This document shows positions 27,319-34,276 of a stretch of DNA of 37,430 bases, in pieces. The position numbers and the translations under genes were made by a program. The notes under the pieces are model-generated. The model did not search any database. It was given only the letters and a program-made list of their open reading frames with translations, and was not told the DNA's origin. The DNA is from a virus (Duplodnaviria; Caudoviricetes): positions 1 to 37,430 of the IMG/VR virus record IMGVR_UViG_3300033475_000094. The stretch is one strand, 5' to 3'. Each line of letters opens with the position of its first letter. Positions within the stretch are counted from its first letter, which is position 1.

Positions 27319-27450
27319 TTGGGCTCTCCGTTGCGGGGCTTAGCTAATACCATAAGTCCAAACTGGACTAGCACTAACTAAGCCCCTGTGTTTGCTTTAA
27401 CTCGTCCACTGTAGCACAGTTTGGAACAATGTCAAATAGTATTTCAAATA

Positions 27451-27705
27451 TTATGTCACAACGTGGGACGTTATTTCCCACGTCCAGCTGCCGTCATCGT
27501 TGACGTAGCTAACCCAAGCGCCGTCGCCGCCTGTGTAATGTGTTACAGCCTCATCAAACGGAGCAGCGTCATCGTCGCCCTCTGCCTCGTCGCTATAGCA
27601 GCGCTTCATATCCTCCAGGGCAAGCTCCTGGGTAGCGAAGACGTCAATAACGCCTGCACAATCCTCGTCTAGAGTCTTGCACACTAGCACCCAAACCTTC
27701 GTCAT
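27451..27705 (-). CDS. acidic hypothetical early protein (MTKVWVL...)
   Basis: Promoter TTGCGT-N17-CATAAT 27731-27759; AACAACAGGAG leader. Confidence 0.75.
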   Translation of the reverse strand: MTKVWVLVCKTLDEDCAGVIDVFATQELALEDMKRCYSDEAEGDDDAAPFDEAVTHYTGGDGAWVSYVNDDGSWTWEITSHVVT

Positions 27706-27845
27706 TGCTGCTCTCCTGTTGTTATGCTTCATTATGGCACGTATTTGAAAAATACGCAAGCCTTTTTTCAAATTATTTTTCAAACTTTTTTGTTGACATT
27801 ACTTCGTAACGTGCTATGCTGTTGGGACAACAAAGGAGAAGCCCA

Positions 27846-28055
27846 ATGTCCACATTTAGCGATGAGTTTGCGGAGAAGCTGTTCGAGGTATTCGACACAG
27901 CTAAGGAAGAAAAGGTTGCAGAGCTATACAAGCTCCTAGCGGACTATCGCAGCACCTATCCACGAAGCTATGCCAAGTTGAAGACAAAGCCCTTTAGCGG
28001 GGCTGTGATTATTGCTGTAGAGGAAGCCCACAATTATCTTAATGAGGTGGGTTGA
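27846..28055 (+). CDS. hypothetical early protein (MSTFSDEF...)
   Basis: + strand cassette promoter 27793-27820, ACAACAAAGGAG leader. Confidence 0.8.
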   Translation: MSTFSDEFAEKLFEVFDTAKEEKVAELYKLLADYRSTYPRSYAKLKTKPFSGAVIIAVEEAHNYLNEVG

Positions 28056-28114
28056 CATTGTATCGTTTCGTGCTACCCTAGCTGTACGTTGCATATAGCA
28101 GCGGGCTAGGGTGC

Positions 28115-28149
28115 ACGGCCCAAACCTTAGGGCCCGGAGCGGCCTGATG
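28115..28149 (+). ncRNA. promoter-proximal conserved RNA motif, copy 2
   Basis: ACGGCCC-AAACCUUA-GGGCCCGGAGCGGCCUGAUG after promoter 28052-28079. Confidence 0.5.
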
Positions 28150-28257
28150 GGCTGATTTCATCAACGATGGGCAAATGATCTTTCCCCTGTGGGCTGTCAA
28201 CCCTGGCTCAGGAGATTGGAGTATACGGATGGATTATGGACTATCTAGCGTCTCAAG

Positions 28258-28479
28258 TCAAGCCTCCTCGGGGCCCCAATCGCCCCATTTTTCAAACGTG
28301 CCATGTGCGTAAGTAACGAAACCCCGCACCTCAGTCCCATCAGGAGCAACCACAACGGAAGCTGTATGCTTACCCTTGCGATACGTTATGGTTTTGGACC
28401 CTGCGGGTGCATGCAGTGCCCCGGGTATAACGAGGCCCCACTGCTTAAACCCGCTTGCTTCCAAATGCTTTATGTTCAT
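28258..28479 (-). CDS. hypothetical early protein (MNIKHLE...)
   Basis: Cassette promoter 28504-28531; AACAACAAAAGGAG leader. Confidence 0.75.
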   Translation of the reverse strand: MNIKHLEASGFKQWGLVIPGALHAPAGSKTITYRKGKHTASVVVAPDGTEVRGFVTYAHGTFEKWGDWGPEEA

Positions 28480-28588
28480 AACAAAGCTCCTTTTGTTGTT
28501 CCCATAGTAGCACAAAACTATTTCAAGTCAAATGTTTTTTCAAACTATTTGCACTTGACATTATCTCATCCTGTGCTACTCTATGCGT

Positions 28589-28627
28589 ACGGTCCCCACA
28601 GCAATGCAGACCCGGAGGCCCCTGACG
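28589..28627 (+). ncRNA. promoter-proximal conserved RNA motif, copy 3
   Basis: ACGGUC..GACCCGGAGGCCCCUGACG (19 nt identical to copy 1) after promoter 28555-28582. Confidence 0.55.
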
Positions 28628-28810
28628 GCTGTATTCCATGATACGGGGAACCCAGATACCCTAGAGTAACATAAGTCCAATCTCCAGTCAACCCCACGAC
28701 AAAAAAGAAGATTGTGCAGTGCAAGGCCTAATATTTGAAAAAATGTTTGACGTTATTTCGTTTTGTGCTATACTCTACGGACAATAAGGGAACTAAAGGA
28801 GTTACCCAAA

Positions 28811-29119
28811 ATGTACAGCCCAAAGCTAGCCAATGCGCTTGCCGCTGTAATCACAGCCCACGACGGGTTGGATGTGGCGATGCGCCTATTGTCCCAAGCG
28901 GACGTCACCAAGATTATGAACGATTCTGGATATACAGATCGTTACACAACGACACAGTTCCTCGAGAAGAACGAGGATACCAATACGTACATCTACGGGA
29001 TCGCATTCCCAAATGCAGATGAACCCGGCAAGATGGACTATGGCAGGGTGTATATCGGAGCCCTGGTGACGTTTGATGAGGACTTTCAGGTCCAAATTGA
29101 GCTCAAAGGCGACTACTGA
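28811..29119 (+). CDS. hypothetical early protein (MYSPKLA...)
   Basis: Promoter 28747-28774; AAAGGAG..CCCAAAATG. Confidence 0.8.
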   Translation: MYSPKLANALAAVITAHDGLDVAMRLLSQADVTKIMNDSGYTDRYTTTQFLEKNEDTNTYIYGIAFPNADEPGKMDYGRVYIGALVTFDEDFQVQIELKGDY

Positions 29120-29327
29120 TTGCTGTCGCAACCGGGCGTTGAATTGATTGAGTAAAGGGATGAAGAATCCCTTCATGATTCAACGTCCAAATTGGGAGAA
29201 GATTGATGATCTGGAAATACCGTCAAAATTTAAAGCCAGGGGTTTCGGTCCCTGGCGTAACATTCTACACAGTCTTTCGTGCCTCATTCAGGCTGAGATT
29301 GAGAGCCTGGATTTGGCGAACATTCGC

Positions 29328-29582
29328 CTAGGCCAGCCGCATCACATATAGGTCGCCTTTGGCATCGGCTTTCAGGCTGAATTGACGACCTTTCTTTCTG
29401 CCGTAATTCGACAGGTTCGACCGTGTCGTTCTGAGCTCTTGACCCTCGAGCTTTCTGCCGATCGCAATCGCTTTCTGGGGTTCGAGGTCTTTGATCATGG
29501 GAATCAGCCATGACTTTCTGCCACGTTTCTCCAGGAAATTGAGCTTCGAGATTTCGATCACTTTGGTCGCCACTTTCGCCAT
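29328..29582 (-). CDS. small basic protein, possibly DNA-binding
   Basis: GGAGG RBS; promoter TTGACA-N16-TATTAT 29602-29629; RGRK and GRKKGRQF segments. Confidence 0.65.
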   Translation of the reverse strand: MAKVATKVIEISKLNFLEKRGRKSWLIPMIKDLEPQKAIAIGRKLEGQELRTTRSNLSNYGRKKGRQFSLKADAKGDLYVMRLA

Positions 29583-29734
29583 AGAATCACCTCCGACATT
29601 GATAATACAATTTTTAATCAAATTGTCAAGCAAATCATGGCTCACTTTGAGCCTATATCATTATTTTAATGGCATTTTATATTAGTCGATACTAATGAAT
29701 AGTATGATCGTAGTGATATTGTGGCTCGGAAAAC

Positions 29735-30034
29735 TCAACAGAGTGATCTCGTTATCTTCAAGTAATCAATCTCCGGCTTTGACTGTTCGAGCTGTTCGAG
29801 CTGTTCGAGTGGACGATTCAAAGCTTCAGGCAGCGAACGGCTCTTAAAAAAGTCAAAGCTACAATAGTTCTTTCCTAAAGCTTCCATGGCGACTTTGTAG
29901 ATCTTGTACAACTCAACCTCAACATCCAGACCACCAATGCATTTGAGATCCTGAATTAGCTCTAATGTAAACTCCACACCGTCAATGGCAATACAGGGTT
30001 GAGATTTATTGTTGATATATCGTTTCGTGCTCAT
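29735..30034 (-). CDS. small protein containing a gp23 (major capsid)-like segment
   Basis: FTLELIQDLKCIGGLDVEVEL resembles the gp23 segment Y[ST]LELAQDLKA.HGLDAE.EL. Confidence 0.55.
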   Translation of the reverse strand: MSTKRYINNKSQPCIAIDGVEFTLELIQDLKCIGGLDVEVELYKIYKVAMEALGKNYCSFDFFKSRSLPEALNRPLEQLEQLEQSKPEIDYLKITRSLC

Positions 30035-30059
30035 GGCTCGGACACTCCGATTGTCTGCA

Positions 30060-30251
30060 TTAGTCGATCATAGGCATTTTCTTGCCTTTGGTCACCGAAT
30101 ATACTGCGGGATCATGGACAAAACGATCCCAATCTTCTTCTAACACATTGACTGTGTAGATAAGGCCGGTGATGTGCATTCGCAATTCGACGTATTTGGG
30201 GAGAGTCGCCGTGCCTTTCAGCTTGACGATCGCCTCGATATAGTTCTTCAT
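30060..30251 (-). CDS. hypothetical protein
   Basis: Operon packing. Confidence 0.55.
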   Translation of the reverse strand: MKNYIEAIVKLKGTATLPKYVELRMHITGLIYTVNVLEEDWDRFVHDPAVYSVTKGKKMPMID

Positions 30252-30254
30252 TTC

Positions 30255-30488
30255 TTACGGTCCTGTAATGGTTACATATTCAATGTCAGTGGATTCACCG
30301 TAGATCGTCACTTCTTTGCCCGCTGAATTGTAGTCCGTCCACGAATTCTCTCTCACGACCACGATCGTAGCGGAGAATGGATATTCCAGGCTCTTGGACG
30401 GCTGATACGAATCAAGACGAAACTTGCCGTAGGTGAAGGGTGGTTTGTTGTGGAAATGCGTTACTCGCATATAGTCAGACAGTTTCAT
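30255..30488 (-). CDS. hypothetical protein
   Basis: GAGG RBS, abuts upstream stop. Confidence 0.6.
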   Translation of the reverse strand: MKLSDYMRVTHFHNKPPFTYGKFRLDSYQPSKSLEYPFSATIVVVRENSWTDYNSAGKEVTIYGESTDIEYVTITGP

Positions 30489-30710
30489 TTAGACGACCTC
30501 AATATTCTCCATGTCACACTGGGTTTGCACTGAATCCATCAGATGCGTATCCCAACGAATGCGAATTGTTCTCGCATGATATTCATCATGTTTCAGGCAC
30601 TTGCTGCTGCTGGTTGCAGCGACATCACGAATAGTGCCATGATTGTTGGTCAGGATTGACCTGACCCGCATTCCCGTATGAGGATTTGGATGATCCGACA
30701 GTTTCATCAT
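30489..30710 (-). CDS. hypothetical protein (MMKLSDHP...)
   Basis: AGGAG RBS. Confidence 0.6.
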   Translation of the reverse strand: MMKLSDHPNPHTGMRVRSILTNNHGTIRDVAATSSSKCLKHDEYHARTIRIRWDTHLMDSVQTQCDMENIEVV

Positions 30711-30910
30711 TTTCTCCTGTTCTTGAATGCTTTGGTTGCTGCCAGTTGCCGCAACCAACGAGGACGATGTCCTTCAGCCGTTCGTCTGCCGTGCTTAGTT
30801 ACCATGCCCTGTTTAGAGCCTCGCAGTTCTACACCATCATCGTGAATACGAGAGATATGAACTGTGGTCTTGTCGGCGATATCTTCAATCTCGTCGTAAT
30901 CGCCGCTCAT
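30707..30910 (-). CDS. hypothetical protein
   Basis: GGAG RBS; coupled at both ends. Confidence 0.5.
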   Translation of the reverse strand: MSGDYDEIEDIADKTTVHISRIHDDGVELRGSKQGMVTKHGRRTAEGHRPRWLRQLAATKAFKNRRK

Positions 30911-31143
30911 TTACATTCTCCAGATGGCGTCGTATCCTCAACCTTACAGCCGAACATCTTCTCTTCATATTTCAGCTTGTAATTAATGGTGACCCGTTTG
31001 GTACAACCTTCACCAAGACGATCCCAAGTTCCACCAACAAACTTGCATTTACGACCGTCCTCGGAGAAATTGCTGTCGTAATACGACCAGCCAAAGAAGC
31101 CGACAAGCAACCATGTCAACAAAATGGAAATAAGCCGAGCCAT
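30907..31143 (-). CDS. membrane-anchored small Cys-containing protein
   Basis: AGGAG RBS; N-terminal TM helix; promoter TTGACT-N17-TACTAT 31163-31191. Confidence 0.65.
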   Translation of the reverse strand: MARLISILLTWLLVGFFGWSYYDSNFSEDGRKCKFVGGTWDRLGEGCTKRVTINYKLKYEEKMFGCKVEDTTPSGECK

Positions 31144-31304
31144 GCATTTCTCCTGTTGCAATATAGTAACAGAAGTCAAACAGATAGTCAAGGAATCAAA
31201 GAAAAGACCTGGGGCGGGTAGTGTCTCGCCAATCCCCAGGACGATTCCCGACCGTACACAGCGCTGACACTACTCAGCCTGTAATCTGACGTCTACCCAA
31301 GATC

Positions 31305-31368
31305 CGGTTCGCCGACGGGACTTGAACCCGCTTTTGCCGTGGGCCGTGTTCAATTACACTACGACGAG
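31305..31368 (-). pseudogene. tRNA-like RNA with collapsed anticodon arm
   Basis: Acceptor UCGUCG/CGGCGA, D-arm GUGU/ACAC, T-arm GCGGG-UUCAAGU-CCCGU, but anticodon arm only GCC-CAC-GGC. Confidence 0.6.
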
Positions 31369-31381
31369 TTGGGACCTTGTA

Positions 31382-31696
31382 TTACGGCATGCGAGCAGCG
31401 AAGAATTGCAGGAGTTGAGCACCGCGGCGATCGGCACTAAGACCCGACCAATACGACTTCATCCAGCTCGTCAGGCTGTTAGAATAGTTTGACGGCACTT
31501 TCAGATCGTTGCAAAGACGCTCACAACGTTTGGTGGCAGTTGGTTCGTCATACCCCACCGTTTCTTGAAGGAAGGTAAGAACTTCCTTCGTTGTATACGA
31601 CGCTTTGGATGCCGCCGGCATACCTGGCGAAGTATCTGCAGCATAAGAGAAGCTGCCGTCAGGTTTGACTCGTAAACGATCTACAATTGAGCCCAT
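31382..31696 (-). CDS. hypothetical protein
   Basis: AGGAG RBS; third gene of the TAXI unit. Confidence 0.7.
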   Translation of the reverse strand: MGSIVDRLRVKPDGSFSYAADTSPGMPAASKASYTTKEVLTFLQETVGYDEPTATKRCERLCNDLKVPSNYSNSLTSWMKSYWSGLSADRRGAQLLQFFAARMP

Positions 31697-31706
31697 TTGT
31701 CGTCTC

Positions 31707-32135
31707 CTAGTGATGATGCAGGTCTGAATCGCTGTCGATTGTCGTGCCTACTGGAACTCGCCCAGTTATACTACGATAAATTCGTCCGCCTTGCAATGCT
31801 AATGCTAGGAATAATCCGCCGATCCATTGGCCCCAATATTGAATCGTATCGTAATGGTGCAGCCCAGTTTTGGCAGCAATCCAAAAGATACATCCAAAGA
31901 GCAGGAAGAAAAGGATAATGCCAAAGGCATTTAGTGTGCGATGGCCCTCTGTAATGTAGAGGGCCGCCACAATGAGAGTAACGACAACGACGATTGCCTT
32001 ATAGGCCGCATCCAGGTCGGAGGACATCATCTGATAGACGCTGAAATATGGATTCCACAGCCAGTAACAGAAGACTACCGAGAATAGATACCAACCCCAA
32101 AACGGAACACGAGCCAGAAACGCCATTGTCGTCAT
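31707..32135 (-). CDS. integral membrane protein (about 4 TM; resembles DUF6524)
   Basis: Hydrophobic helices; WNP.FS.Y and C-terminal RIYRSITGRV..D pattern recalled for DUF6524. Confidence 0.7.
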   Translation of the reverse strand: MTTMAFLARVPFWGWYLFSVVFCYWLWNPYFSVYQMMSSDLDAAYKAIVVVVTLIVAALYITEGHRTLNAFGIILFFLLFGCIFWIAAKTGLHHYDTIQYWGQWIGGLFLALALQGGRIYRSITGRVPVGTTIDSDSDLHHH

Positions 32136-32147
32136 TCTCCTATGTGA

Positions 32148-33137
32148 TTAGTCGTTGCCGGCGGCTTTGAGGGCGGCCTGCTTGGCCTTGTCGACACCTG
32201 CCAAGATGTCGTTGAGACCTGACGCCGACATGCTGCGGACCGACTTCATCAATGATGCGAGACGATCATCTTTCGGCAGCAGAGCCGATTGCTTGACGTC
32301 ACGAATCGCTTTCACCATGTCTTTCTGGTCATCCTGTTGGTCTTTTTTCATTCCGGCGGGATTGCCAGTGATGATTGCGACAGGAGTGCAGGCCGTTGTC
32401 GCCGTCTTGGCCGATGCGATCCAACCACCATCCGTCAGTGTATATGACTGAATGGAATATAGATCCTGGCCGTCGATCTTCGCATTGGCAATCTCTCGAG
32501 AGACTACCGGCACGATGATGAGACTGCGATCTTGCATCAGCTTGATATTGGCATTGCGGGGATCGGCAAATTGGACGAAGAAGCCGACAGCCCGATCGTT
32601 GCCGGCAGCCACAGTTTCGATCACCGCCTTGGCATCAGCGACATTGCGAATGTTCTTCGCTCTGCCGAGACCATCAGGATCCAGCGATTGCACGAATTGG
32701 AAGGATGCAGCCGATCCCGATGCCGCGGCCGGCAGCACGAATGGAGTACGACGAGATCCGAGGATATCGCCGAAATTGGAGATAGTCGTGTTCTTGGTGA
32801 CCATCCACAAGCCTTCGCAGGCGATGTCACTGCGGATGACAGTCAGCTTGTCCTTGTAGTCGGGATGGGCTACCTGTTCACGGGCATAGACGTCAAGCTG
32901 AACGAAGCCGATGTCTGTCGGTGTCGCGAGCACCTTCTGGATATTCTCCATCGTGCCGCCTGACGTGGCACACTTGTAGTTTGGAAAATCCTTGTTGGCG
33001 AGTGCTTCCGGCAAGGGTGGACAGAAGGTGCTGTGATATGCACCAGAGTCGCTGCCAGTCCAGATCTTGCCACCATCAGCATAAGCTGAAGTGGATGCAA
33101 GGGCCATTGCCAGCCCCGCAATAACGAATAGTTTCAT
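32148..33137 (-). CDS. TAXI-family (TRAP) solute-binding-like periplasmic protein
   Basis: Signal peptide; TG..SGAY, TSGGTMENI, DIGFVQLDV and SGSAAS motifs of TAXI SBPs. Confidence 0.75.
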   Translation of the reverse strand: MKLFVIAGLAMALASTSAYADGGKIWTGSDSGAYHSTFCPPLPEALANKDFPNYKCATSGGTMENIQKVLATPTDIGFVQLDVYAREQVAHPDYKDKLTVIRSDIACEGLWMVTKNTTISNFGDILGSRRTPFVLPAAASGSAASFQFVQSLDPDGLGRAKNIRNVADAKAVIETVAAGNDRAVGFFVQFADPRNANIKLMQDRSLIIVPVVSREIANAKIDGQDLYSIQSYTLTDGGWIASAKTATTACTPVAIITGNPAGMKKDQQDDQKDMVKAIRDVKQSALLPKDDRLASLMKSVRSMSASGLNDILAGVDKAKQAALKAAGND

Positions 33138-33192
33138 TTAATTCTCCTGATAGGGGTCACTCCCCTATCAGGAATGTTAGCATCGTCTTACA

Positions 33193-33630
33193 TCAAGCGT
33201 CAATATATTCGTACCAAGGATTCGGCGTCATAATCCCACCAGATGCCACAAATTGCTCGATTCGATCTGCGACATACCGCTCGCCAGTGGCTCCTTTTTG
33301 TTTGCTTGGTGGATAATGCGAGGGCAGGAAAAGATAAATTATTTCGACCTGATTAAGATCAAACATATCGGCAGCGGCATGATTCCATTCAGCTACCTCG
33401 CCGTTATATTTGACCAATGTCTTGCCATATGGCTTAATTTCTGGAAACTCTTCAGATACCGCTGCAAGACCGATTGCACAGCCAGCGGTGCCGCAATTGC
33501 GTCCCATCTTATTATAATTATCATAATCTTCAAGAATGTTGACGAAATTGAGATCGAATTTCATTCCCTTCTCGTCAGCGGCATTCTTACGAAGAAGAGC
33601 GGCGAGATTCAGCAGCTTGGTCTTATTCAT
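33193..33630 (-). CDS. Cys-motif paralog family member (divergent)
   Basis: FDLN..CGTAGCAIG..YLFLP shared with the 34.7-36.9 kb family. Confidence 0.7.
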   Translation of the reverse strand: MNKTKLLNLAALLRKNAADEKGMKFDLNFVNILEDYDNYNKMGRNCGTAGCAIGLAAVSEEFPEIKPYGKTLVKYNGEVAEWNHAAADMFDLNQVEIIYLFLPSHYPPSKQKGATGERYVADRIEQFVASGGIMTPNPWYEYIDA

Positions 33631-33668
33631 GCGATTTCTCCATTGCTAGCGACAAACGTGTTATAAGG

Positions 33669-33740
33669 AGGGCCCACCGAGACTTGAACTCGGATCTTGG
33701 GATTAAAGGTCCCTTGTTCTACCTATTGAACTATAGGCCC
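33669..33740 (-). tRNA. tRNA-Lys(UUU) with atypical C33 and U73, CCA not encoded
   Basis: Cloverleaf: GGGCCUA/UGGGCCC, D-arm GUUC/GAAC, anticodon stem GGGA/UCCC with loop CCUUUAA, T-arm CCGAG-UUCAAGU-CUCGG. Confidence 0.8.
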
Positions 33741-33998
33741 AACATTGTTATTGCGACGTCTCTTACGGCCACCATTACCATTTAAGCGGCCGTCATGTCC
33801 AGCCGAATTCCTGAAGATTTTAGAATTCGGTTTTTTATCAAACAAATGACGAGTAGGAAAGAATTGTTCATCCATCTGTTGAGATGGAGGATACTTTACA
33901 TAATACTCTTCGCAGATATCACAGCCTTCTCGAGGTTGGTTGTGACGATTACACCAGATGTGATGCTGTTTCAGATCGACGAGCAGCCTATTAGCCAT
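33723..33998 (-). CDS. HH..CN..C..C motif protein
   Basis: GGAGG upstream of ATG 33998; its tail overlaps the tRNA 5' end. Confidence 0.5.
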   Translation of the reverse strand: MANRLLVDLKQHHIWCNRHNQPREGCDICEEYYVKYPPSQQMDEQFFPTRHLFDKKPNSKIFRNSAGHDGRLNGNGGRKRRRNNNVGPIVQ

Positions 33999-34167
33999 TG
34001 CTCTTGACCTCGACCACTGTCTCCTGGGTAATGAAATCAAGTGCAGCATCTAGATGCAACTTCACTTCATTAACATTGCCGGCAACAGCCGCATCACGAG
34101 CGGCATGAATAGCGACAAGCACGTGGGCATCACGCATTGCCCGGTCAATATTCACTTTAATAGTCAT
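33991..34167 (-). CDS. hypothetical protein (MTIKVNID...)
   Basis: GGGAGG RBS. Confidence 0.6.
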   Translation of the reverse strand: MTIKVNIDRAMRDAHVLVAIHAARDAAVAGNVNEVKLHLDAALDFITQETVVEVKSNG

Positions 34168-34276
34168 TTGCCCTCCCATATAGAAGACCCGTCCGAGACT
34201 GGCGAGTCCCGAACGGGTCAATGCTGGCGGTGGGGTTTCCAGCGCCTGACACCAGCATGATCATAATAACAAACCG

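Larger units (their letters stand above)
21178..28774. repeat. dispersed array of 20 near-identical early promoters, most with a shared leader
   Basis: TTGAC[ATG]-N12-[GA]TGCTA with -35 first base at (minus) 21205, 21981, 22480, 22906, 23358, 23467, 23796, 24531, 24915, 25226, 25576, 26014, 26614, 27023, 27435, 28531 and (plus) 27793, 28052, 28555, 28747; related copies at 9268, 11826, 14648, 18220; many preceded by TTTGAAA and followed by an ACCAACAAAGGAG-like leader. Confidence 0.9.

Noticed and set aside
21178-28774. CRISPR array or integron cassette array
   Set aside because: The repeats are degenerate promoter motifs hundreds of bp apart with ORFs between them; there is no constant repeat/spacer length, no cas gene, no integrase and no attC-like structure
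29148-29351. + strand 67-aa ORF
   Set aside because: No clear RBS or promoter, and it overlaps the convergent gene end
20933-29645. Upstream-extended starts in the ORF track (e.g. MCYG.., MRCNTF.., MTLCRC..)
   Set aside because: The extensions translate the promoter itself (GTGCTA read as a GTG start); the true starts follow the conserved leader
29783-29809. CTGTTCGAG x3 tandem repeat
   Set aside because: In-frame coding microrepeat (LEQ x3) with no sign of a separate function
33701-33710. Ochre-suppressor (UUA) reading of the tRNA
   Set aside because: Shifting the loop by one base destroys the GGGA/UCCC stem, and genes here end normally in TAA
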